DNA of 25,889 nucleotides from Macrostomum lignano (taxonomy: Eukaryota): contig NIVC01001714.1 of the NCBI GenBank assembly GCA_002269645.1, positions 1 to 25,889 of the forward strand, read 5' to 3'. Shown one piece after another: positions 10,623-21,478 of the stretch; within the stretch, counting starts at the first letter, position 1; every line of letters begins with the position of its first letter. The notes beneath the pieces are model-generated. The model did not search any database, was not told the origin of the DNA, and saw only the letters and a program-made list of their open reading frames with translations. Both the position numbers and the translations under genes were made by a program.

Positions 10623-10716
10623 ATGTTTTCTTTACTATTATTTGTAGCACTTTTATTCTATTGCTCATTTTTAGCCATGTTTTAATGTTTAATGTTGCAC
10701 TACTTTTATATCACAA

Positions 10717-11207
10717 ATGTACACACTCCTTTACCTCTGAGGTACACTCCCCCGATCTCTCTCCCCCAATGTGCACTCCCCCGATCCCTCCAATGTACAG
10801 GATCGCTCCCGACAACCCTTATTCCAATGTACACTCGCTACTCGCTACTGATAACTCCTTACCGCAATGTACATTTCACCGCCGATAATTCCTTACCCCC
10901 AATGTACACTCGCTGCCGATAACTCCTTACCCCCCAATCTACACTCTTTTGACAACTCCTTACCCCACTGTACATTCGCTGCCGATAACTCGCCCCAATG
11001 TACACTCGCCGCCAATAACTCCTTACCCCAATGTACACTCGCTGCCAATAACTCCTTACCCCAATGTACACTCGCTGCCAATAACTCCTTACCCCAATGT
11101 ACATTCGCTGCCGATGACTCGCCCCAATGTACACTCGCCGCCAATAACTCCTTACCCCAATGTACACTCGCTGCCAATAACTCCTTACCCCAATGTACAC
11201 TCGCCCA
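10717..11207. repeat. CCCAATGTACACTC-core minisatellite (33 nt and shorter units) downstream of the ENT stop
   Basis: Unit CCCCAATGTACACTCGCTGCCAATAACTCCTTA. Same core as 6649-6840. Confidence 0.93.
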
Positions 11208-12076
11208 CTAGTATGTACGCGCCACTAAACCATCAGCCCACTATCTGATTGCTCGATTAGTATTACGACCAAATTACAGATAACTGCTTCCCGACAACTA
11301 CTGTATAATAGATTTGTATCACAGGGGCCTTGATTTTTTTTGTCTTATTCTCGTTCGCTGCAATTTTAATCAGGCAAGTTAAGAATTGATAATTATCATA
11401 ATTTTATAGCAATAACTGATTATTGTACTCAATCAAGTTAACTACAAGGTGCTTATGGTTCTGTGTGTAAAAGATAAATTTATCTATACAGTCTTTCACA
11501 CTGCAGACTGCATTGTCAAACTGAACTGCCTGAAGAGCATGAATATCAATAATTCTTATATAGTATTCTACATTATATAGCCTTATTGACAATCCTTACT
11601 ATTTCAGCTGCTTAGTTTTTATTTTGATTTTTTATAATTCTCTGCATATACCAATCAGGTTACAGAATCTCTCTCCTCTGCTCTGTCTTCATTGAGTAAG
11701 AAATTAGTACACCATTTTTTCGTATTTGTTATTGTTTTATATTAAATATACATTATTTATATCATAGTTAGGCAGTTGATAATGCTTGCGACAGACAAAA
11801 ACTAATCACCATTTTTAATCAAATGCAGCAGTAAGACTGAAGTGAAGTTTCTTCAAAAATGGCTGAAATTCCCTCCAGCAAGACTGAACTTCCCCCCCTC
11901 CATTTTTATTATAGGCAGTGGATTGGGTGGGTGCACCTTCGCGCACTTTAAGCGACATTGGCACACAACCGGCGAGAGGCATTGCTGCCCATTCCGCCGA
12001 CTCCCCTGAGCAGGCACACAAGCGCGCGGATACGTACGCAGGCACACACTCACACAGGAGTGTACAGCGGCCCTAA

Positions 12077-12264
12077 CTTTATTTTATCGTTAGGCATGTA
12101 CACTTCACTGTGCCTTGGGGGGTTGGCTCTCAAGGCCGTTAATTGCAGGAGCAGAGCCAAGCCGAGATTCCAATTCAGCCCCAGTTTAACGTGACTGCAC
12201 TTGGAATCGAGCCTGGACCGCTGGCACATCGGAGTACCGCGCTAGACCGCTGGGCTACGGCCCC
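12077..12264 (-). mobile_element. tRNA-derived SINE-like element (or tRNA pseudogene with tail)
   Basis: Minus strand starts GGGGCCG TAGCCCAGCGG (A box at position 8, 12257-12247) with GGCTCGATTCC (B box at position 52, 12213-12203). An anticodon-like stem is retained but the acceptor and T stems are broken. A ~115-nt non-tRNA body ends in ATAAAATAAAG. The 3' boundary is approximate. Confidence 0.7.
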
Positions 12265-12281
12265 TTTGAAATTCCCCCCAT

Positions 12282-12407
12282 CCAGCAAGACTGAAATTCC
12301 CCAAACCAAGACCGAGATTCCTCCATTGCAAGAATGAAATTCCCCCAGCAAGACTGAAATTCCCCAAACCAAGACCGAGATTCCTCCATTGCAAGAATGA
12401 AATTCCC
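12282..12407. repeat. Tandem duplication of a 63-nt unit built from ~21-nt subunits
   Basis: CCAGCAAGACTGAAATTCCCC... starts at 12282 and again at 12345. Related copies at 11863-11896. Confidence 0.85.
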
Positions 12408-13924
12408 CCGCACGACTAGAAAATTCACCCTAGCAAGACCGGCAGTGTCCAGACAGGACAAAAATACCCACACAGCAAGACAACCGATTCATCCTTTAAA
12501 AAGCGTAATAATTGGCGATGACCAAAAGTAGTCGAGAAAATAATCGTTTTATTAACACATGTACAGTGTATTTAAGCACGTCAAGTGTACTTTAGTAACG
12601 TAAAGCAACAGTCGACAGCCAAGAATGCACAGGAGGACAACAAATACAAGCGGTTATTGCAGTTCCATGCACATGCAGTGGCTGCAGCATCAAAAGTTAA
12701 GTGAAAATTCCAGCCACATTCTGGTGTTGAAATGTTTCTCTCAATGATTTCTATCTCTTAATGTTTGCGGATGCAGAGATTGAGGTTAATTTATTTTGAA
12801 GCCATAAATACTTTGTCACATGTCAGCTTACTGAGAAAGTTTCTATGCAAAAGATGCATAGTTGTGTGTACGTTAAAAATTGCTGCATATCTTGCGCGAT
12901 ATATTAATATCTTATAGACTGCTGGTGGTAATATAGAGCAATCAGAATTGTGTAATTACTAATGCAATTATAGCTTGATGGGTCTTAAGGAGGCGCCGGT
13001 ATGACCCAGAGAGGGCATCTGCAGTATGACCCAGATTGGGAATGGGCACCAATATAACTTAGAATAGAATGATCGCCATGTACTTTCCAGCAAACTTCTC
13101 TGCTATCGCGTACATTCTTAGTTATTCATAAGTACATGTAGGAGACTTTAAAGCTGCAGTCAATCGCCAAGATGCATTTTCATTTTTTGAGAAAAGTATG
13201 ATTTTTATGAATTGGCACACAGGCAAGCTTTGGACACGTATGGCAATATTGGCGATTGGAAAATGTCATAAATAATCCAAGTTGTCTGGGCCATTTCCGC
13301 ATATTGGCTTGGTATGACAGTTTCTCTACTTGCAGTTCAGTAGCGAGAAAGAATATGTAAGCTATATTTTATGAAGAGAGACAACTTGCTTTTGATGCAG
13401 CCATAATGTACACTAGCCAGCGCCACTGCGAATGTACATTACAGGTTTTTTCAGCTTAACTGCAAGACTAAGTAGTAAAGACTTGTCTATGGCCATGGTC
13501 TATGATCGAAGTGTTTTAGTCTGTGGTCAAACTTCACCAAATACCAAGCCTTTTCAGTAAAGTGAGTCAAGCCATGTGGTTCAATAGATAGCAGTAACAG
13601 TTCAGAAATTAGAAGACTATGAATTTACTAATGAGAGATAAGATAAGAGATAGATTAGAAAATTTGAGGTTAAGTGAATGAGGGGCAGTTGTTTGCATAT
13701 TTGTTATTTAGGGCAATAAACTTCCAGCCACAGAGGGGGTTTGAATTCCTCTACAGTTTAAAAGATGCCTACGACAATTAAGTGCCGAACCTAACCCTAA
13801 ATTGAGCCTATCCTTTAACTCGACTCTAACCTAAATGTAGGTTGAAACTTTGTTAGCAACTTGGTACTGAGAGCGTCCACTAATTAGCATGCAGAAACCA
13901 ACTAACTGTGTACATGGCGATAGG

Positions 13925-14690
13925 CTACTTGATCAGCTCTCGCAGTCGAACCCTCGGTCTGCCACCGACGCCCGATCCGGCACCGCCGGGAGCTCCACCG
14001 ACGCCCGATCCGGCACCGCCGGGAGCTCCACCGACGCCGCCATCGTCTGCCAGACAGTCGAGCGATTTGGTACCAGTAGGGAACAACGGAGGTCTGCTGC
14101 TCGACTGACTCTGCGGCGGAGGCGGCGGAGGCGTGGCCTCCAGCAGAGTGTCCGCAGCGATGCTCTGTGCACCCTCGCTGCCATCGCCTTCAGCGCTCGA
14201 CATTCCCGTGACGCTGATCAACCGGTTGACCTCGGCCTCGACAATGTCTCGCACTTTGTCCAGCATAGCGTCGGTCTCGGTCTCTTGCTTCGGCAGGCAC
14301 TGGCGCATCATCTCTTCGCGACATTTGCGCAGGCCGAACGCCTGGAACAGCAGGAACTGGGTGACCAGCTTCTGGCGGAAGGAGCCGCCGCCGCCGCCTC
14401 CACCAGCGTGTCTGGTGCGACACCGACAGTTCTTGTGGCACACTCGGCGGCAGTAGCTCTTGAGCAATAGAAAAAATTTTCTAACTAGATCGAACACGTT
14501 CAGGGGCGGCGGCAGGCTGGACCGAGTTTCGAATTCTTCAATTAGATCGTGGCGTTCGAACTGCCAGAGACCTTTGCTGCGCGAGTCGATGGTCTCGATT
14601 GTCTTGCTGAACATGGCGACGATGAGATTCAGCAGCAGGATCTCCGTGACGATCACGTAGAGAGGCAGGATCAGATAGGGCACCAGGTAC
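13925..14690 (-). CDS. Ankyrin-repeat TRPM-like cation channel, copy 1, exon 4 of 4 (S6, TRP box, coiled coil, tail)
   Basis: Acceptor CACAG|G at 14691. Reads YLVPYLILPLYVIVTEILLLNLIVAMF, LWQFER (TRP box), LPPPLNVF. Stop TAG 13927-13925. Joined model 21478-20749, 20556-18343, 15701-15335, 14690-13925 = 4077 nt = 1358 aa plus stop, no frameshift. Confidence 0.93.
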
Positions 14691-14799
14691 CTGTGGTTCC
14701 GTTGAGATTTGTACATAGGATTACTCTCTGTCTAATCAGAGTACTAATGTCCAATGGGGATTAACATTTGCTGCAGAGAGCTTACCTTTGCTTGGGGAT

Positions 14800-15290
14800 T
14801 CGGATTCCCTTCCTCTCTCCCTCAGACCCATGGCTAAATCCTAGAGATTCCCTTCTTCTCTCCCCCCTCAGACCCATGGCTAAACTCTGGCGGATTCCCT
14901 TTCTTCCTCCCCCTCAGACCCACGGCTAAACCCCCAGGGATTCCCTTCCTCTCTCTCTCCCTCAGACCCATGGCTAAACATTGAGGGATTCCCTTCCTCT
15001 CTCTCTCCCTCAGACCCATGGCTAAATCGTGGGGGATTCCCTTCCCCTCTCTCCCCCTCAGACCCACGGCAAAACCCCGGGGGATTCCCTTCCTCTCTCT
15101 CCCTCAGACCCATGGCAAAACCTTGGGGGATTCCCTTCCTCTCTCTCCCTCAGACCCCTGGCTAAACCTTGGGGGATTCCCTTCCTCTCTCTCCCTCAGA
15201 CCCATGGCAAAACCTTGGGGGATTCCCTTCCTCTCTCTCCCCCTCAGACCCATGGCAAAACCCTGGGGGATTCCCTTCCTCTCTCCCAGG
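14800..15290. repeat. Intronic minisatellite, ~46-48 nt unit (TRP copy 1 intron 3)
   Basis: Unit CCCTCAGACCCATGGCAAAACCTTGGGGGATTCCCTTCCTCTCTCT. Confidence 0.95.
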
Positions 15291-15334
15291 GTTTTGGAAG
15301 TCCCAGGACCAACAATGACTGGAATCTCACTCAC

Positions 15335-15701
15335 CGGCCAAAATGATGCGGACAACTGCTGGTATTGTTCTCCCGCGTTTCGTAGATCATTTCGCAAGAA
15401 TCGTCGCCCATAATGGTATCCAGACTGTACTCCCCAACCATGCTGTAGAAGCAGATCTTGAGCATGCCCAGCAGCACGTGAACCTTGTTCAATTGACCAT
15501 AATTCCAGGCCCTGTATCCGTTTGGATAGAGCAAGCTGTGCATAAGCACTCCGAATCCCAGGATGAAGATGAACAGAATCAATAGAAATGGCAGCAGATC
15601 CTTAGTGATCATCTTTGCAATCATTTTCAGTTTGGGCCCGAGATTCTCCAGCACTGTGGAAATGTACAGCAGCCGGATCCAGTACAGGGTGCAGCAGATG
15701 C
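15335..15701 (-). CDS. TRP copy 1 exon 3 (S4, S5, pore helix, filter, turret)
   Basis: Acceptor TTGCAG|GC at 15702. Reads ICCTLYWIRLLYIS, LGPKLKMIAKM, FGVLMHSLLYPN, FYSMVGEY. Donor CG|GTGAGT at 15334. Phase 1 in, phase 2 out. Confidence 0.94.
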
Positions 15702-15799
15702 CTGCAAATATTGTTAAATAAAGATTATAGCAGTGCGCTACACTAAATACTACTGATTGAAGTTCAATTTGAGTAGCTATGTAAAGACATTTTCTGATT

Positions 15800-16950
15800 T
15801 TAGCGCCTAAATGAGATACTTTCAGACATCTATTTGAGATACTTTTAGTCGCCAAGTTGAGACACCTTTAGGCACCGAATTGGGATACTTTTAGGCACCT
15901 TTTTGAGATAATTTTAGGCGCCAATTTGAGATAATTTTAGGCACCTTTTTGAGATAATTTTAGGCGCCAATCTGAGATACTTTTAGGCACCAATTTGAGA
16001 TACTTTTAGGCACCAAGTTGAGATACTTTTAGGCGCCAATTTGAGATACTATACTTTAGGCACCTATTTGAGATAATTTTAGGCGCCAATTTGAGATACT
16101 ATACTTTAGGCACCTATTTGAGATAATTTTAGGCGCCAATTTGAGATACTATACTTTAGGCACCTATTTGAGATAATTTTAGGCACCTATTTGAGATAAT
16201 TTTAGGCGCCAATTTGAGATAATTTTAGGCACTTTTTTGAGATAATTTTGGGCACCTATTTGAGATAATTTTCGGCACCTATTTGAGATAATTTTAGGCG
16301 CCAATCTGAGATACTTTTAGGCACCAATTTGAGATAATTTTAGGCACTAAGTTGAGATACTTTTAGGCACTAAGTTGAGATACTTTTAGGCACCAAGTTG
16401 AGATAATTTTAGGCGCCAATTTGAGATACTATACTTTAGGCACCTATTTGAGATAATTTTAGGCGCCAATTTGAGATACTTTTAGGCGCCAATTTGAGAT
16501 AATTTTAGGCACCTATCTGAGATAATTTTAGGCGCCAATTTGAGATACTATACTTTAGGCACCTATTTGAGATAATTTTAGGCGCCAATTTGAGATACTT
16601 TTAGGCGCCAAGTTGAGATAATTTTAGGCACCAATTTGAGATACTATACTTTAGGCACCTATTTGAGATAATTTTAGGCGCCAATTTGAGATAATTTTTG
16701 GCGCCAATTTGAGATAATTTTAGGCGCCAATTTGAGATAATTTTAGGCGCCAATTTGAGATAATTTTAGGCACCTATCTGAGATAATTTTAGGCGCCAAT
16801 TTGAGATACTTTTAGGCGCCAAGTTGAGATAATTTTAGGCACCAATTTGAGATACTTTTAGGCGCCAATTTGAGATAATTTTAGGCACCAAGTTGAGATA
16901 CTTTTAGGCACCTATTCGAGATACTTTAAGGCACCTATTTGAGGTACTTT
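15800..16950. repeat. Intronic minisatellite, 23 nt unit with 28 nt variants (TRP copy 1 intron 2)
   Basis: Unit TTTTAGGCGCCAATTTGAGATAA, variant with ...GAGATACTATAC... Confidence 0.96.
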
Positions 16951-17554
16951 TAGGCACCACTTGTACAGCTTGAAATCCCAATAATCTCATACATACAAGC
17001 TCTGTCCCAAGCAAGATCCTAGTACCAAATACCAAAATGTCCTCTAATCTCTTGAGACAAGTCGGCAAACAGGCTTCCACTTAAAAACCAAAGCGCTAAC
17101 TAGCTGGATTGCTTTCCGCATGCATTTGAACTGCGAAATTTATTGCTATGCCAAATTCAGCCGTGATGTTCAATTGCGCATTCTCAGTGAAGCAGCTTCT
17201 TATAATCTATATGCATATTCATAGCAACCCTTCCGCCGGAAACCAGTACACATGCAGTAGCTCTTTAGTGCAATTTATGCAAATTTGCCAATGCCCAGAA
17301 CTATTGGAATGCATAGCGTACTGCATTTCCACTCCAAGTTAGGGTTAGACAGACGAAACAGTTCTTAACTGCAAGAGCTCCTGCTACATCATCTATCTGT
17401 GGGTTCCTACCATTTTTACTGCTACAGAACACTGCCACACTTGAAGAGAAGAAAGAGTTTTGCTACTTTTTGGTCGCTGAACAACAAAAAAATAAGCAAA
17501 AACTTAAATGACGACACTCCTTGCGCGGAATAGAAAGATTTTTTATTGGCCTTT

Positions 17555-18320
17555 TAGTAGACATTCTACAGACGTTCTACAAACATTCTACAGACACTTT
17601 AGAGACAATCTACACATATTTTAAACATTCTAGAGACATTCTACACAGATACACGATAGAGACATTCTACAGACATTATAATGACATTCTACAGATATAC
17701 TATAGAGACATTCTAGAGACATTATAAAGACATTCCACAGATATACTATAGAGACATTCTAGAGACATTATAAAGACATTCTACAGATATACTATAGAGA
17801 CATTCTACAGACATTATAATGACATTCTATAGATATACTATAGAGACATTCTAGAGACATTATAAAGACATTCCACAGATATACGATAGAGACATTCTAC
17901 AGACATTATAAAGACATTCTACAGATATACTATAGAGACATTCTAGAGGCATTATAAAGACATTCTACAGATACACGATAGAGACATTCTAGAGACGTTA
18001 TAAAGACATTCTACAGATATACTATAGAGACATTCTACAGACATTATAATGACATTCTATAGATATACTATAGAGACATTCTAGAGACATTATAAAGACA
18101 TTCCACAGATATACTATAGACATTCTAGAGACATTATAAAGACATTCTACAGATGCACGATAGAGACATTCTAGAGACATTATAAAGACATTCTACAGAT
18201 GCACGATAGAGACATTCTAGAGACATTCTACAGGCATTCTACAGATACAAGATTGAGACATTATAGAGACATTATAAAGATTCAAGAGACACTCTAGAGA
18301 AATTGGATAGAGACATTCTC
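17555..18320. repeat. Second intronic minisatellite, ~46 nt higher-order unit of AGACATT subunits (TRP copy 1 intron 2)
   Basis: Unit ATAAAGACATTCCACAGATATACTATAGAGACATTCTAGAGACATT. Runs to within ~22 nt of the donor site. Confidence 0.93.
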
Positions 18321-18342
18321 AAAACAGTACCGAAGAACTCAC

Positions 18343-20556
18343 TCAGGCTGATCCTCGCTGTGTACCAGGCCTTGTCCTCAAAGTCCCGCATCATGTCGCT
18401 CCACTCCTGCGAGTATTTGATCTCGCTGATGCGAATCGAGAAGCCGACCACCCCACAGGTCAGAGCTGTGATGTCGATGATGTTCCATTTGCTTCTGAAG
18501 TACGACTTGATGTCGTCGTGCTCCGTGTATTGGGCTATCTCGCCAACCTCTTCTAGCAGCATGCCGGAGAGAATGGCGTACACAATGATCTCCTTGATGC
18601 TCAGCTCGTACTGGAAGTCCATCAGCAGCAGATAGGACAGCAGAGCCACCAGGAGCACGTGCGAAGCCACGTGGTAGCGGAACTTCACGGCCGGGGTATC
18701 GTAAAACTCCGAGATCAGCTGGAAGAATCGCCGGAACCGTCTGAGCGCTCGGGTGCCGATCGAGCTCAAAATCGAGTGCTCATCCTGTTCGTCAGCCTTG
18801 TGCAGCAGCGAGGAGGCGTCCGACTTCTCCGACACCTTCGAGTTCGGACGGGCCATCTGTCGGAACTCGATCTCCTCTATTGGCGCCTCCTTTTTCTGCT
18901 GATTCTCCTTGTGCAGAGAGGAGGACGAGTGAGCTTGCTGCTTGGCCTCCTTGGCGAGCTTCTGCCCAGCTTGAGTTCCCAGCGAATGAGCGTTGGAGCC
19001 GCGTCGCCGAGTGATCTGGTCTTCCAGACTGTCAGCGGACTGGTCCGCTGGCAGCGGCAGTTTCGGCAGCAAATGGAATTTTTCGTAAATCGGCGTCGTC
19101 TCATCCTCCTGGACGAAGCTGCGCTCTTCGTGGCGACGCCTGGTGCGCATCTCCTTCTCGTCGTAGTAGAGCAGCACCAGCGGCACCAGGAAATTGAGCG
19201 GAATGGCGCCCATCCAAATGATAATCTCGCGCAGGATGGGGTTCATGTGCAGCAGCGATCGGAACCACATCTTGTCGAGGGCGCGCTGGCACAGCTCGCT
19301 CTGCAGGAACCTGGAGCACTCGTTGGAGGCGGCCAGCTTCACGCAGGAGATGCCGCCGTAGGACTCTAGTGGTCTCAGCAGGTAGTCGACACTGACAGAG
19401 CGATTGTACGAAGTATCGATTGAGTTGACCTTTTCGACAACTTTTCGAGCAAATTTCTCGCAGGTCAGAGCTAAAGCCTCGATTTCTTCCTCTTCCACGA
19501 CAAGTTCCTGATTCATTGGGAAAGTTCTCAGCAGGGCGGCGCAGAACAGGGACAGCGGAACGACGTCGAACTTCTCCTGGCGAAGTAGCAGCTCGGTGAG
19601 GGACAGCCGGCCGGACAGAACTGACCAGACTGGCAGGGTGGTCATCGGGTGACGCATGTACTGAATGTTGGGATTGAATCCCAGGTAGTACGGCTGCAGG
19701 TTGTAGCAAGACAGCTCGCTCCCGTAGTACTTAGATAGTTTGTCGTGCCGAACTCTGTTTTGCTCAACGAATCGGGATTTGAAGTGCATGACGATACCGT
19801 TGACTTCTCTCTCTGGAGCTTGGATGTACAGCGAGTCGAGATGATCCTCGATCAATAGCGACACCTTCGACCAGAGCACTCCGCAGTACATAATTCGCTC
19901 GAGCATCACAGCGTCCTCTCTGAACAGGACGTAGTGCACAATGTTCTCTACGATCTTGACCAGCACATCGCGATCATCCTCCATGATCAAGTAATGAATA
20001 TCCTCAGTTTGCAACAGCTGGACGATGACCTCCTTGAACTCCATGAGGTCGATTCGATCGTCGTGCTGCAGTTTGGCGCACAGAGTTTCCTTTTCAACCT
20101 CGCTGATGTCCTTGATCTCCATTGTGCACTCGTTGAATTCGTTGTCTACGTGAGAGAGAAATTCGAGGTACTTTTCGAAGTGCTTCTCGTGCGACAGTGC
20201 CATCAGGTTTCTCGCCGTGACGCCCTCGGTCATGCGGATTGAGTAGAATCGAGCGAAATCGTTAAGCAGCATCGGATTGTTGAGCTGCAGGATGAGGTCA
20301 ATGACTGTCTTGCCGCTGTCCGCTGGCACGTCAACCAGCGTTCCCTTGCTCAATAGCAAGTCTACTATCTGTCGATTCTGATTCAGCACAGCAATGTGCA
20401 GCGCTGTTTTGCCTTCGTGACCGCGCACGTTGAGCACCTCGCTGCTGAGATGCGGCGCCAGGCGTTTTACCGCAACGAGCGAGTCCTCGAGGCAGGCGCG
20501 GTGCAGCGGCGTGTTGCCCTGAGCGTCCAGCACGTGCAGCTCGGCGCCGCAGTAGT
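18343..20556 (-). CDS. TRP copy 1 exon 2 (ankyrin repeats, helical linker, MHR4-like region, pre-S1, S1-S3)
   Basis: Acceptor CCGCAG|AC at 20557. Ankyrin motifs GNTPLH and GKTALH. TRPM MHR4-like LPVWSVL, SCVKLAA...FLQSELCQRALDKMW, then EFYDTPAVKF and KWNIID. Donor A|GTGAGT at 18342. 2214 nt, phase 1 to phase 1. Confidence 0.94.
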
Positions 20557-20748
20557 CTGCGGTTTCAAACAAACCATTTAGTAAGTCATTTTAAGATTGA
20601 AAATTTATATTTTTATATGTATGCAAGCTTGCGAGACATATACTGGAAGTGGCGATCGCCATTAGGAGTCCTTGAAATTTATGGCCTCCCTAAGGGGAAG
20701 CGGGAAAGCTTTGCCCCCACAAAAGGAGCGCTGCGAATCTGCACATAC

Positions 20749-21478
20749 CAAGCAATGTGTCCAGCATTTTCTTGTCCGCACTAGCGCAGGCCACGTGCAG
20801 CGGATAGTCGGACAGTCCCCGTCCGCTTATGGACGACGGCAGAGGAATGTCTGGACTGGCACCCAAACTGTGCAGGTATCGAATAGTTCGATAGTGACGC
20901 TTCTTCAAGGCGTAGTGCAGCGGCACCATGCCTTCAGCGTTTCGCCTGTTGAAGTCGACCGACAATTCCTTCAGCAGATCCAGCACCTCGAACTTGCCAT
21001 CTTCCGCAGCTAGATCGGCTACTGTTTTGCACCTGTTGACTTCCGTATACACGCCTTTGATGGTTAGAAGCCGCTTGAGCTGCTCCAGTCGGTTCGCCTT
21101 GTAAGCGTCCAACACGATGGGATCAAAATCGCTGGTTGTTGCCGCGGTCGATCGGTTCGACCGGAAACTCGGAAAGTTTCTTCCTACCGCTGCGGATGAC
21201 GGCGCGGCACCAGCCGGAAAAGGCGCTGCCGGGACTCGAGAAGTCGGCCTAGACGACGACAAAGGCGCCCCGGCGCCACCTCCAGCCGTCGAAAAGTTTT
21301 CAAACCGTCGGATTCGCCATTGCAACGGCGCTGAACCGACCGGGTAAAAATTTTGGCCTCCGTGGAGGACATTCAGTTGAGTTCGTCGACTCGGTTGGTC
21401 AAAATCGTGGCGCTCTCGAGACACCTGGCGCGAGTACTGAAACCGTTGCTGCTCGCTGCTGATGTTGAACCCAGACAT
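20749..21478 (-). CDS. TRP copy 1 exon 1 (disordered N-terminus, first ankyrin repeats)
   Basis: ATG at 21478. Ankyrin motifs KTVADLAA, GMVPLHYA, DYPLHVAC. Donor G|GTATGT at 20748 joins exon 2 in phase (TLLD-YCGAEL). Confidence 0.9.

Noticed and set aside
10612-10626. AG|GTGAAT as a donor that would extend the ENT C-terminus
   Set aside because: The protein already ends at the position expected for SLC29 after TM11, and I found no convincing downstream coding exon.
10859-11248. Several overlapping ORFs in the ENT 3' array
   Set aside because: All are translations of the 33-nt repeat.
12192-12264. Functional tRNA gene
   Set aside because: The acceptor stem (GGGGCCG versus TGCAGTC) and T stem do not pair, and the anticodon loop has 6 nt.
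12548-12795. AATAAA (minus strand, 12553-12548 and 12795-12790) as the TRP copy 1 poly(A) signal
   Set aside because: Plausible, but the hexamer is common in AT-rich DNA and the two candidates cannot be told apart without 3'-end data.
13785-13835. CTAACCCTAA telomere-like remnant
   Set aside because: Fewer than two intact copies, compatible with chance.
18303-21372. Plus-strand ORFs antisense to the TRP exons (e.g. 18659-19369, 19101-19709)
   Set aside because: Typical shadow ORFs of GC-rich coding sequence, with no recognisable domains.
13925-21478. Calling the channel TRPA1, TRPN or TRPC because of its ankyrin repeats
   Set aside because: Too few ankyrins for TRPA1 or TRPN, no TRPC Cys-rich TRP_2 motif, and the pre-S1, S4-S5, pore and TRP-box motifs are TRPM-like.
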